Origin: Mantamonas sphyraenae STR306
Taxonomy: Eukaryota > Protista > CRuMs
Reading direction: 5' to 3'
Assembly (NCBI GenBank): GCA_026936335.1
Contig: JAPMXV010000029.1
Coordinates: 620,001 to 684,000 of the forward strand
Length of the DNA: 64,000 nt
The notes below the pieces were generated by a model. The model was not told where the DNA came from. It saw nothing but the letters and a program-made list of their open reading frames with translations, and ran no database searches. This document shows, one piece after another, positions 37,501-47,500 of the stretch; position 1 is the first letter of the stretch, and every line of letters starts with the position of its first letter. Position numbers and translations under genes: made by a program.

Positions 37501-38411
37501 GTTGTGGTGGGGAGGCAAAGCGGCGGGCGAAAACCAACCTCTGCCACATCATCGGAGCCAAGCACACCAGTCAGGTTTGTGTTGAAAGAGATGGTGATTG
37601 TCTTGTCGCCAGAGTTGTAGTAGCCATTGGTTGCAGAAACGGCGACCTCGGAGACGGTGGGGACGACAGTGTCTGCGGGGAGCGTCTGCGGGAGGATTTT
37701 TACGCAAGAGGGATTTTTTGTGTGTGTGCTTTGGGAATTAGCGGGCGAAATGGTCGAGGCACACGCAATGGAAGCTGGAGGAGGGATTGGGATGTGTGGT
37801 GGGGACGACGAGGGCGCAAGGACGCAGGAACAAACCGAGGAAGGGCAGGTCCGGTTGGCGGCGGTGTTTGTGGTGAAATGGCAGGCAACGGGCACAGCAG
37901 AAAAAGAAGGCAAGGAAGCACCAGAACGCCAACAACGTACCTCGACAGTTGTGGTCTCGCCTGCAGAGGTGCTGCTGCTGCCGCTGCTGCCAGAGGTTGT
38001 GGAAATGACCTCGCCAGGGCTGGAGGACTCCTCCACGCCGCTGGGCGGAGCTTCAGCGTCGCCAGTCGGGAGCGTGTTGACATCTTCGGCCTCGGCGTCC
38101 TGGGGCGGAGCCAGGTCGCTGTCGGGCAGGGCAGTGAGGCCCGAGGACAGCAAGCCTGTCCATCCTTCCGGAAGCTCGACGTTGTCAAACTGTTTGGCCA
38201 CGTCGTCGACGTTGAAGCCGCTGGAAACGACGGACGGGCCGCTGCTGCTGCTGCTGCTGCCGCCCGCCACGTCGACTTCATCGAGTTCCACAGGGGCCTG
38301 AGCGACCATGGGTACTACCGTGATGGCTTGAGGAGCGTTGTCGTGCGTGGTTGCTTGTGCACTGTTGACGACGGAGACGTCGCCGTCGCGAATGGTTGCG
38401 AACAAACTCAT
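31570..38411 (-). CDS. Bacterial-type (YfhM-like) alpha-2-macroglobulin/thioester protein with an internal ubiquitin domain; 3 exons (38411-37941, 37685-37539, 37401-31570), about 2149 aa
   Basis: MG-domain motifs [17 protein letters not shown] and [15 protein letters not shown]. Post-bait [10 protein letters not shown]...[23 protein letters not shown]. Thioester [21 protein letters not shown]-terminal [14 protein letters not shown]...[25 protein letters not shown]. Both introns are phase 0 GT-AG. Confidence 0.9.
33067..33078 (-). other. Thioester motif C-S-E-Q (CxEQ)
   Basis: TGC AGC GAA CAG on the minus strand, in the context [17 protein letters not shown], equivalent to YPYGCxEQ. Confidence 0.88.
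33883..34110 (-). other. In-frame ubiquitin-like domain (76 codons) embedded in the alpha-2-macroglobulin
   Basis: [76 protein letters not shown]; 56/76 identical to canonical ubiquitin by hand alignment. Confidence 0.97.
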
Positions 38412-38469
38412 TCCTCGTTTCGATGGCGGACGTGACGCGTTTGCGGCCAGCCTCTTTTGAAGACCTGGA

Positions 38470-38550
38470 GGACACTTGGGGACACTTGGGGAAATTGAAG
38501 GGGGCATTCAGGGACACTTTGGGGACGTTTGGAAGCATTTGGGAATGTGG
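38470..38550. repeat. Degenerate ~10-bp tandem repeat (GGACACTTGG-like) upstream of the A2M start codon
   Basis: ggacacttgg ggacacttgg ggaaattgaa ... gggacactttg gggacgtttg gaagcatttg. Confidence 0.55.
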
Positions 38551-38949
38551 AGAGGAACAATGGCAGGGAGGAGCACTGGAGAAGGGATGCGGTTCGGGAA
38601 CCAACGCTTGAACGCTTGCGAGACTTGTTCGACCACCACGTTTTAAGCTACAGCAACACGGAGACGCAGCTAGAACCCATTCAACCCCTGTGATCTCAAC
38701 GTAAGTGCACGGTGCGCGAAATCGAACCGCCGGAAAGCAAGGAGCCCATTTTTTGCATTCCAGCAGCGAACCCTCGCCTGCGCGCTACTGTAGGATTGCT
38801 GCTGTGCGCGCACGGAAGGGGTTCCATTCCGGGTTTCCACTGGTTGGATGAAAGAAGGAACGGCAGGGTTGGTGATTGGGTCACGCGAGGCCAGCGTGGA
38901 TTCCCCGTCGGCCAGGCCCTCCCTCACACGGAAGATTTTCGTCCGGAAG

Positions 38950-39455
38950 ATGTCCACAATCTTCTCCGACCTCGGCCTGGCGCTCTGCCTGGCCCCTGGC
39001 CTCGTCCACTTCTCCGAAACATTGTCTCCGATGCTCTCTCGTCTCGTGGTGAATTTTGTCCTGCCTTTCTTCAGCTTCAGCTTTCCGAAGAGCAAGTCGC
39101 CATGCTGGACGCCGCCATCGCCGCTGGCCCAAAGGACAAGCCGGCAGCATCCGAAGACTATGTGTTTCTGATGCTGTTTGAGCAACGCCAAGGCGGACTT
39201 GGCTACCTTTCTGTTGCCGCGACCATCTGCTACGCGTTCGGCCTTTCCGTCCCGGCCCGTGCACCCCTGCACTTCCTTTTTTCGATCATGTCTGTGCTGT
39301 TTGCACTTGTCAACGCAAACCACGCCGGGTTGACGTTCCTGGGCCACCATCCTCGCGTCTCACGCAACGGCCGAGGCGTCGGCATTGTGTTTGCGCCGTT
39401 CTGGATTGCCTCGGCAGCATTCAACATCCTTGGATTCCTCAACGTGGCCGCGTGA
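38950..39455 (+). CDS. Small hydrophobic membrane protein, interrupted near 39050-39080 by a frameshift or a very short (26/32 nt) intron
   Basis: MSTIFSDLGLALCLAPGLVHFSETLSPMLSRLVV in one frame continues as LSEEQVAMLDAAIAAG...FLMLFEQRQGGLGYL...VFAPFWIASAAFNILGF in another; about 4 hydrophobic segments. Confidence 0.55.
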
Positions 39456-39578
39456 GAAGTGGCATCCTCTTGTGACAACATCAAACATCAAATTCTGAGG
39501 GATGAGCCTTCCCCCTGTCCATTCAACACCCAAAATGCAAGGCAGGATTCTTCCCTCTTTCTCGTTCCTGCACCGCCT

Positions 39579-42500
39579 TCACTGCAACACACACGCAGCT
39601 GTGTAACCTCGCTGGATCTCTTCGAGGATATTATTCATGTTGTGGTCCAGTTGCACAGGACCACGGGGCGGAATCGTCACCTCGACATGAAGCCTCTGAT
39701 GAGCCGGTTTGTATGCGCCCAGCACAAGCATGATGCGCTTGAGGTGCCTCATGTACGGTGGATTCGACCCAAACCCGCTGCCAGAGGTGGCCCATTCAAA
39801 GTAGACGCCCGGATGGCCGCTGACGCGGAGATCGAGTCTGACTTCCAACAACGCGTCCTTGAACAACGTCGCCACATCGTGCCAGCATGCCAGGCGCAGA
39901 GCTTTGGGTTCTTTCGTTTGCCACAGAAACGCATGGATGTCCACATTCACAGGCTCCTTCTCCATCGTGGCAAGCTGTTTGCGCGGAGTTTTGCTTTTGG
40001 GCGCTTCAAACAGCTGCAGATCGACAAGCGCCATGTCGTCCGACTTGCTGTGCTTCGCTGGGGGGTATGGAAGCATTAGAAACGAGTCTCCAAACCATTT
40101 GAAGCGTACGTCTGCCTTGCCGCTGACCCACAACAAGGACCCAGACGCATCCACCGAGGCCCACAGCTCCCTGTCGCCCGCGCCTGCCATCAGCCCAGCG
40201 CCGACGGGGGCTTCCTCCTCTTCCTCCTCTTCCTCCTCTTCCTCCTTTTCACCGGCAACGCTCTCCAATTGGTTCATGTGCGGCTCCTGAACCTCCAGCT
40301 GAAGCTCCGGGGCATTCTCCCACTGCAGAGCGCTGATCTCGAACAGCGGAATAATGTCTGCGTTTGCTCCTTCCTCTGTTCCCCCCTCGTTTCCCTTTGC
40401 CTTGTGCTTCTGAGATCCCTGTGGTGCCAGCGACGACGACGATGACGACGCTCGCGAGATCTCGTCGTCGTTCTTCGCTGAGCCACCCACATGCTTCTCC
40501 TGTTTTCCCTTTCCCACACCTGCCACACCCAGCAATGATCCAACCATGCCCTTCCCCACCCCAAGCACCGCCGCCGAATGCCGTGCATGCTTATGACCAT
40601 GCTTCTCGTGTTGGGCGGTTGGCGACGAAGGGGCCGACGCTGCAGGACCTTCCCTGCGTCGGTGGTCCTCCGTTGTGCTGTGTGGCCGTCGTTGGTTCGA
40701 TGACCTTGCCACTTCTTCGTCTTCGTCTTCGTACTTGTCCCGTTCATCCTCGTCCACCTCACTCTGCGCTGGCAGTCCCAAGTTGGCCCTGACTTTGTCC
40801 AGATCAAATGTTTCCATGCTGTCCAACAGCTCTGCGTCCTGTTCTTCCTGTTCCTCTTCTTCTAGCGAGGCCAACGAGTCGCCGGCAGCGTCCAGGTCGT
40901 CCTGGTCGGCCACATCCATCATCGGAGAGGACTCGCGATGCAATTCGTGCTCGTTGAGACTGTTTCGGATCCAATCCAGCATGGCTGGATCACCCAAATT
41001 GTGTGCTATCAGAGGGCCAATGTGTCGAAGGCCAATGGCGCAAAGGCGAGTCTGCAGCACGCGCACCGCTTGCTGAAATTGCAAGCGCATGGGTTTGCTG
41101 GGCTGGCGCACAAATTCGCCATGCATGGTTGCAGGCACAGTACATGAAGACATGCACAAGTCCACACAATGACACACGAGCCGAAGACACTGGTTGACAA
41201 ATGAGTCCAGTGCTTTTTCAAAGGCCTCGTCGTGCACAGGGTGCTCCGCCTCACCCATGCTCAGTTGACACGTCACGCGGCAGCTTGGTTCCACAAAATG
41301 CAGCATGCTGACCCATGGGTTGGTGTGCATGGGCACCCATTCGTAGCGGAAGGCAATCTCAGACAGCGAAAGCTCGACCTGTGCGGAAGCCCCCTGCAGC
41401 AGCACAGTGAAGCGGGCACAAAGAGAGGCGTCGTGCAAATGGATGCATGGACACAATCCTTGGGAGCAGCTTGGCAGCTGTGTCCCTGCATGCACACGCA
41501 GACTGTCCAGAACCAGCGACTGGTCGGCAGGAAGCAGCGAGGTCACAAACGCCTGCAGGTCGTCCTGGCGGATGGTGTGCAGAATCGCGTCCAACACTAA
41601 ACTGATCATATGTGCACTTACATCCTCGTACAGTTGTGCAGAGGGCATTGGCAGCGATTCCAGCAGGGGCAAAACGCACCACTCACCACGTCCATCCAAC
41701 CCGACTTGCACTCCCTTGTCCGCCTGCGATACACTCGATTGAAAGATGGGATCCAACAAGCGATGCCATGGGGCCGTGTCCAGAGCCTTGACGTCGTACT
41801 GGGAGCTTGCGGGGCCGTGGCACAGCTGTGTGTTGTCCAATTGCGCTCGTGCGGGCGAGCACCAAACGTGTGTCTGCATGTGAGCCTCGTCCAGGAGCCT
41901 CATGTGGGACACAACAACGCCAGTGACAACGTCCTTCTCGTCTGTTGTGTTGCCGCCAAGGGTACGATCGCGATCCAGCGAACGCAACCGCACAGCAAAT
42001 CGTCCGGGGCACACAGTCTGGTTCACATGCACAAACTGGGTTCCCACTTTGGTGGTAGAATACAATTCGACGTTGAGAGAGCGAAGGTCGACGGTGAGGT
42101 CGCAAGATCCGTCAGGAAGCAGATCGGCTGTGGGCCAACAGGCGGCAGGGTCGCCCACACGCACGTCGGCAACCCCCATGTCCGTCATCAGGTCCCAATG
42201 TGTGTTGTCGGCCCGATGGCGCATGTAAACGTCGCGTACATCCGGTGACACACGCCACTCGTTGAGTGTGTCGTTGACGAGTCCTCTGTAGAATTCCAAG
42301 CTGCCGGCAGGAACCAAGCCCTGCATCAACGCACGCATGCCACGCAGCAAAGCCGTCGGCAGACGCGAGCTCATGTCCATTTGCACGGCCACAGCGTGTG
42401 TGTGCAGATCCAGCGCCACTTGCAGCGCCTCACACAGGCTCTCCTCTGTTTCTTTGTCCAACACTGCGTGGCCATTCACAGCCAGCGACCCTGTGCTCAC

Positions 42501-43220
42501 TTCCAGCACTTTGACGGCCACACGCGTCCCTTCCACGTCTGTGTGGGTTGTGTGCGCACCGTGTTGCGAGGTTTGCACGTCCAGACTGTCCACATCGATG
42601 CCCACGGTGACGCCGAGGCCCAAGGCCGCCTGCACATTCACCGTATGATCCAGCCTGCGTCCGTTGCACTGTACATGTGTCTCTGCCTGCACCTCCAGCT
42701 GCAGCTCTGTCTCCCATTGCACTCGCACCGCCAGATCCGCTCCAGGGTGACTGACAAAGCGCCACGAGGGAGCGCTGTCCAGCACCGAGTCGAGACCTGA
42801 CAATTTGGCGCTCTTTAGCTGCACGTCCACTGTTGCGCCGGCGCTGTTCAGCCCTTCCGCACTCAGAGAGAGGGTGGACAAGTGCTGCGACACATGAGTG
42901 TCCAGCTGGGTGGAAGGACAGTCCAGGGCACGGGCCAGGGTGTCACGTACGCGCTGCTGGTGGGGCGCCAGCGCTCGCGACAGGGCATCCGACACATCGT
43001 TGTCCACAGAGTGCTTTACCGAGTTGAGGACACGCATGGTGAGTGACGGGGGACAGACACGCAGGAGCAGCTGCAATTTGGCGGCTGGGCTGAGGTTGCC
43101 CACAACAAAGAGGCAGCCAGCTCCGACGGTGGCCCCCGCTGCTGCCACAAGTGCCCACGTTGGAACATGCACACTGTCTTCAGCCATGGAGGCTGTCGTG
43201 GTGCTTGTGTGTGCCTCCAT
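39579..43220 (-). CDS. Uncharacterised ~1210-aa protein with an N-terminal membrane anchor and beta-rich domains (possibly SMP/TULIP-like)
   Basis: Long uninterrupted ORF; TM WALVAAAGATVGAGCLFVVG. The upstream part of the listed ORF (to 44282) is antisense to the RING gene, so the start is set at MEAHTS. Confidence 0.6.
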   Translation of the reverse strand: MEAHTSTTTASMAEDSVHVPTWALVAAAGATVGAGCLFVVGNLSPAAKLQLLLRVCPPSLTMRVLNSVKHSVDNDVSDALSRALAPHQQRVRDTLARALDCPSTQLDTHVSQHLSTLSLSAEGLNSAGATVDVQLKSAKLSGLDSVLDSAPSWRFVSHPGADLAVRVQWETELQLEVQAETHVQCNGRRLDHTVNVQAALGLGVTVGIDVDSLDVQTSQHGAHTTHTDVEGTRVAVKVLEVSTGSLAVNGHAVLDKETEESLCEALQVALDLHTHAVAVQMDMSSRLPTALLRGMRALMQGLVPAGSLEFYRGLVNDTLNEWRVSPDVRDVYMRHRADNTHWDLMTDMGVADVRVGDPAACWPTADLLPDGSCDLTVDLRSLNVELYSTTKVGTQFVHVNQTVCPGRFAVRLRSLDRDRTLGGNTTDEKDVVTGVVVSHMRLLDEAHMQTHVWCSPARAQLDNTQLCHGPASSQYDVKALDTAPWHRLLDPIFQSSVSQADKGVQVGLDGRGEWCVLPLLESLPMPSAQLYEDVSAHMISLVLDAILHTIRQDDLQAFVTSLLPADQSLVLDSLRVHAGTQLPSCSQGLCPCIHLHDASLCARFTVLLQGASAQVELSLSEIAFRYEWVPMHTNPWVSMLHFVEPSCRVTCQLSMGEAEHPVHDEAFEKALDSFVNQCLRLVCHCVDLCMSSCTVPATMHGEFVRQPSKPMRLQFQQAVRVLQTRLCAIGLRHIGPLIAHNLGDPAMLDWIRNSLNEHELHRESSPMMDVADQDDLDAAGDSLASLEEEEQEEQDAELLDSMETFDLDKVRANLGLPAQSEVDEDERDKYEDEDEEVARSSNQRRPHSTTEDHRRREGPAASAPSSPTAQHEKHGHKHARHSAAVLGVGKGMVGSLLGVAGVGKGKQEKHVGGSAKNDDEISRASSSSSSLAPQGSQKHKAKGNEGGTEEGANADIIPLFEISALQWENAPELQLEVQEPHMNQLESVAGEKEEEEEEEEEEEAPVGAGLMAGAGDRELWASVDASGSLLWVSGKADVRFKWFGDSFLMLPYPPAKHSKSDDMALVDLQLFEAPKSKTPRKQLATMEKEPVNVDIHAFLWQTKEPKALRLACWHDVATLFKDALLEVRLDLRVSGHPGVYFEWATSGSGFGSNPPYMRHLKRIMLVLGAYKPAHQRLHVEVTIPPRGPVQLDHNMNNILEEIQRGYTAACVLQ

Positions 43221-43278
43221 GTTCAATCGCAGTTGGCGCCATGTGCGCCTGCCGGCCCAAAGCAAGCAGGAAAACGCA

Positions 43279-44519
43279 ATGAGTTCTGTCTCTCGAGAGC
43301 AGAAGGAGCGCATCCAACGACGCAACGCCAAAGCCCTGGCCAAAGCCAAGCGTGTTGGCCAGGCAAAGCGGCAGGCTGCGGCTGCCAAGCTGAACGGCCG
43401 ACGCGGCACAAAGGAAACCCGCCGCTCACGCCAGCAGCCCCGAGGCGGGCATGGACGACGTAGCCATGGCCGTGGCCACGTCAAAGTGTCCACTCTCAGC
43501 CTAGAGGAGCAGCAAATGCAAGCGATGGGGCTGGACAAGGGCACCATGACTCCCGAAGAGATTGAACGCTTCCAGCTCGACTTTGGTTTGTTTGCCCGCC
43601 TGCCCCGTACCAAGGGCTTTTCCCGCTGTACCGCCCCCCTTCCATGCACTGACACGTCCATGTACACTCCCGTGTGTGATCTCTGTGCCACATAGCATGC
43701 TCCCTGTCCATTCAGGAGACTCTGGGGCTCGATGGCCAGCGTTCGGAGGAGCTTGAGTACGAAGTGAGTTTGTCGCCAGGCGTTTTTCTTGAGAATTCGT
43801 CGTTTTCGCGAGCCGGGCGACCGGAAGGATAAGTTGCTGACGCTCGCTGCTTGCCTCAGATGCTCCTGCAACTGGAGGATGTGGTTGTGGGCATGGACAA
43901 GGACATGATGGCCCAGCTGCAGGTTGTAGAGGCTGGGTCGAAGGCGTTCCCCGTCGACGACGACACGGACAAGTGCGTGATCTGCCTGCTGGAATACGAG
44001 CAAGGCGAACAGGTGTGTCTGTTGCCCTGTACACACGCATACCATCAGGTGTGCATCGAAGAGTGGCTCAACTCGCAGACCACCTGCCCCATTTGCAAGG
44101 CCGAACTGCGTGATGCTCTCGACGCAGACGGCGCCGCAAACACACAACACACAAACAACACAAATGGTGGCCACAGCCACAAGCACAACAATGATGATGA
44201 GGATGGCGAGGGCAACGATACCAACAGCAACAGCAATCACAACGAGCAGCCAAGTCACAAACACACAGACGACACTGTCCACGCCTCAACGGTCGATGAT
44301 GACGGTTGGCAAACATACGATCCGTCTGACTTTGTGCTCAGCGACGAGGACAGGCTCAACGCCATGTTGCAATTCGAATCGCCCAACTCGGGGACCCGCT
44401 TCAGCGCAGACGACTTTGAAGTGTTTGTGGATCTGGACTACCCCCTCGACGTCGAAGGGGACTATCACGACGATGAGTTTTACGTGGGCCACGACTATGA
44501 GGGCGAGTTCGCGTTCTGA
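43279..44519 (+). CDS. RING-H2 E3 ubiquitin ligase; 3 exons (43279-43585, 43696-43763, 43860-44519)
   Basis: YEMLLQLED..VG motif followed by CVICLLEY...LPCTHAYHQVCIEEWL...TCPICK; splice phases consistent. Confidence 0.9.
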
Positions 44520-44548
44520 TGCGGTCTGGATTGCTGGATTCATCAAAT

Positions 44549-47500
44549 TCAAAACAGTTTCTTCCAGCATCCAGTGCTACCCACACTCACACTTCCGCTT
44601 GGACAGCTGCTCACACACACCCACGGGTTGGCTCGGTGGTTGCACAACGGTGTGTCGCCTCCACACTGGCTGTTGGTGATACAAAACGTGCCGCGGATGA
44701 GGTCGCCGATCTTCAGGCTGTCTTTCAGCAGCGACAGCACATTCTTGAGCTTGAGTTTGGAAAAGTCCACGCGGCTGGTAACTACGCGCTTCTGTCCCAC
44801 CAGGGTAAACTCCAGCGTGAGTTCTGGGAACGTGCCCTGCGCCATGTCCATCAGCGACATGTCCGCCACAGCAATGCGGTCCAGGGACACGATGTCGTTC
44901 TTCTTGATCACCGGCACCCCGTTGGCATCCAGCTCTTGGTCGATGAGGTCGATGTCAAAGGGTGCAATCTCGTTCACCAGCGAGATCAGGCCATTCACAA
45001 AGTCCACCAGGCTGAAGCGCATGTCAAACGACAATCGCAAATCCGTTCCTGTGATGCTCCTGCCAGCCACCACCAAAGCCCTGCTCTCGCTTTCCACGCT
45101 TGCTGCGATGCGTGCCCCAAACAGCGTCCCGTTGCACGCAAACCGGAACCCCTTTTTGTACGCAAGCCCCTGCAGCACGCCGTCCCGCGGCGCAATGTGC
45201 ACATCCAAAGTCTCCAACTCAAAGATGGAGTCGACCTTGGACAGATCGATGCGCGGCAGGCCAGCGTGCTTGTCCGGGGCCAGGCGGTTGTAGAACTGGG
45301 CCAGTTCGTCAAAGCCCAGGTTCTGCACCTTGGCAGCAAAGTACATGTTGGTCACATCGGCGCCAGAGATCACAGTGCGCAGCTGAACCACAGTGCGGTC
45401 GCCAAAGGTAAACGTGGACGCAAAGCCGAACCCGGTGATGCCCGCGGGCGACAGTTCAATCTCCAGCGCCACGTCGGACAGATCAAACCCATCGACCCCA
45501 AACGCATCGTGCCATGTGCCGAGCATGCTTCCTCCAACACGCACATAGCCCGTACCCACCTGGCCACCCACACGAAAGATGAGCACATCCCCGTTCTCCA
45601 GCGTGACACGGACACCCACACTCGCCTGCAGCGTCGGCGGACGCACAAGCGGACGCGTGGCCACATTGAGTCCCAGCATGCGCACACGATCCGTCAAATC
45701 GAATTCGCCTGTGCGCAGAGCAACCTCAAAGTTGGCTTCAAACCGGCCCAGGTTGGCACTGCCAAGCTGGTCGTTGTCAAACAGCGGCAGAAACGCGTCG
45801 GCCTGAAAGTCCAGCACGGGACGTTTGAAGAGCTCATTGATGCGCTGCACAAGTGCACCTTTGCCTGCTTTGCTAAAGATACCGAATCCACGGCGCTGCA
45901 CAACATAGTCCGGCATCCCGGGGCCCTGTGTGATGTTGCCCGAATCCGCCGTGCTGAACACGAACGACACTGGAAGGGCGGGCACATCGATCTGTGACGA
46001 CAAATCGGGCGCATTGGGCGCAACCAGGTCCTGCACCGTGTCAGCCAACGAATTGAGAGTCAAGCCGTTGCCCAGGAGGATGAGTTCGCCGTTGTCCACT
46101 TTGGCATACACCCGCAGTGTCTGCGGCTGAGTATTCTTGATGCTCAGCGTGAGTGAGCTGGTCAGGTTGACTTTGTGGATGCCCGGGGCCACCTCGGCAT
46201 GGAAGGTGGTGGCCCCCATGCTCAGCCACGTCAGCCCAAACGGCGCTTTCCACCCGTCCTTGAGCTCACCCGTCACTGTGAAGCGGCGTGCACGCGTGTC
46301 CACACTTCCGTACACACTCACGTCCAGGGGCGGATTGCGCGGCAGCCGCAGCTGCGTAAGGGCCGAAAAGTCCACCCGGAACCGTGGCAATCGCTCCTCG
46401 CTGCCCAGCATGACAATGTGCACCTGCAGCTGAGTCATGTTGACGTTGCGTTGCACCACCGCATACGTTGGATCCGTCAACGCCAACGCAAATTGTTGTT
46501 TTTCAGGCTGTTTGTGCGGAAATACGCCGCGGAAGTCCGCCCCAACCTCGGCCCGCCCACTGCTGGACAACAACGGCGCCAAACGTGACAACAGATCGGC
46601 TGAGCGGATGCGCACCGACCCTTCGATGTTGAGGCCCTTGGCCACGCGCAGGTTGGGCAGCTGGCTGCTGGCAAACGCGTCGCTGCTGGAGATGGCCAAG
46701 TGACCCTGCCCTGTGAAATTGAGGTGGCTCAGCCAGTCCAGGCTTTGTAGACGTTTGATGGAGGGCAAATGCATGCCAGGGCGGTAGTCCACCTCCAGGT
46801 CCAACAGCAGCACCAGCTGCACAGACTCGAGCGAAAACTGTTGCACCGAACCTTCAAAGAAGAGGTAGAGCACAGCATGGGCGTTGCGCAGCCCTGCCAC
46901 CGTTTGTCCATCCAGTTTGCCTGTGATCACAAGCGATCGCGTGTCCTCGTTGATGCTGATGCTCGTTTTCTTGCTGCTGCCAGTTTGCAACAACGTCCTC
47001 CTCCCGCTCCACATGCCCATCTCTGCCACTGCCTCTGCTGCCATCCGCCCCGACGATGTTTCTCCTGCGTTTCCACCGGGACTGTCTGTGCGCACCGGTG
47101 CCTTGGCGTCCTGGGTAATGGACGACGGGACAAGGACCACGTCGGCTACTCCCAGCCCTGTTTGCAGCACTTCCAGCAGGGAAGGATTGGCCGCAAGTGT
47201 GGTTTGGTTCAATTCAAAGTTGCCCTCGCTGTTGAGCAGGTCGTTGGCGAAGCGGTCGAGTACCCGGCCAGGAGGGGTCGGCGCAGCGGGGATGAGGGCG
47301 AGTACCATTCCTGCAAAGGCCAGCATCACCACAAAGGCTACGCTCCAGCACACTCGCTTCTCCTTTGGTGGCATCTGCCTGTATCGTCCCAGCAGCGTCG
47401 TATCCTTCATGCCCATTGCCTTTTCGTATTCGCTCTGTCGCAGCCGCGCAAACACCAAGCAGCGCACCAGGGCGTTTTCTTCCTGCGAGTCGTCTCGAAA

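Noticed and set aside
38150-38185. LPEGW as the start of a WW domain in A2M exon 1
   Set aside because: The downstream aromatic pair and second Trp-x-x-Pro are missing.
38470-38550. CRISPR array or transposon terminal repeat
   Set aside because: The units are ~10 bp, degenerate and without spacers. No cas or transposase gene or matching inverted repeat was seen.
31570-39455. Bacterial contamination or chimeric contig explaining the bacterial-type A2M
   Set aside because: The gene has spliceosomal introns and a ubiquitin domain, and abuts a eukaryotic WD40 gene at a spacing typical of this window.
43221-44282. N-terminal 350 aa of the listed 1567-aa ORF
   Set aside because: It is antisense to the spliced RING-H2 gene, so it is treated as a shadow extension.
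43279-44519. RING ligase (or the Kelch-BTB gene) as part of the A2M-ubiquitin system
   Set aside because: These are common gene families lying several kb away, and proximity alone is not evidence in so dense a genome.
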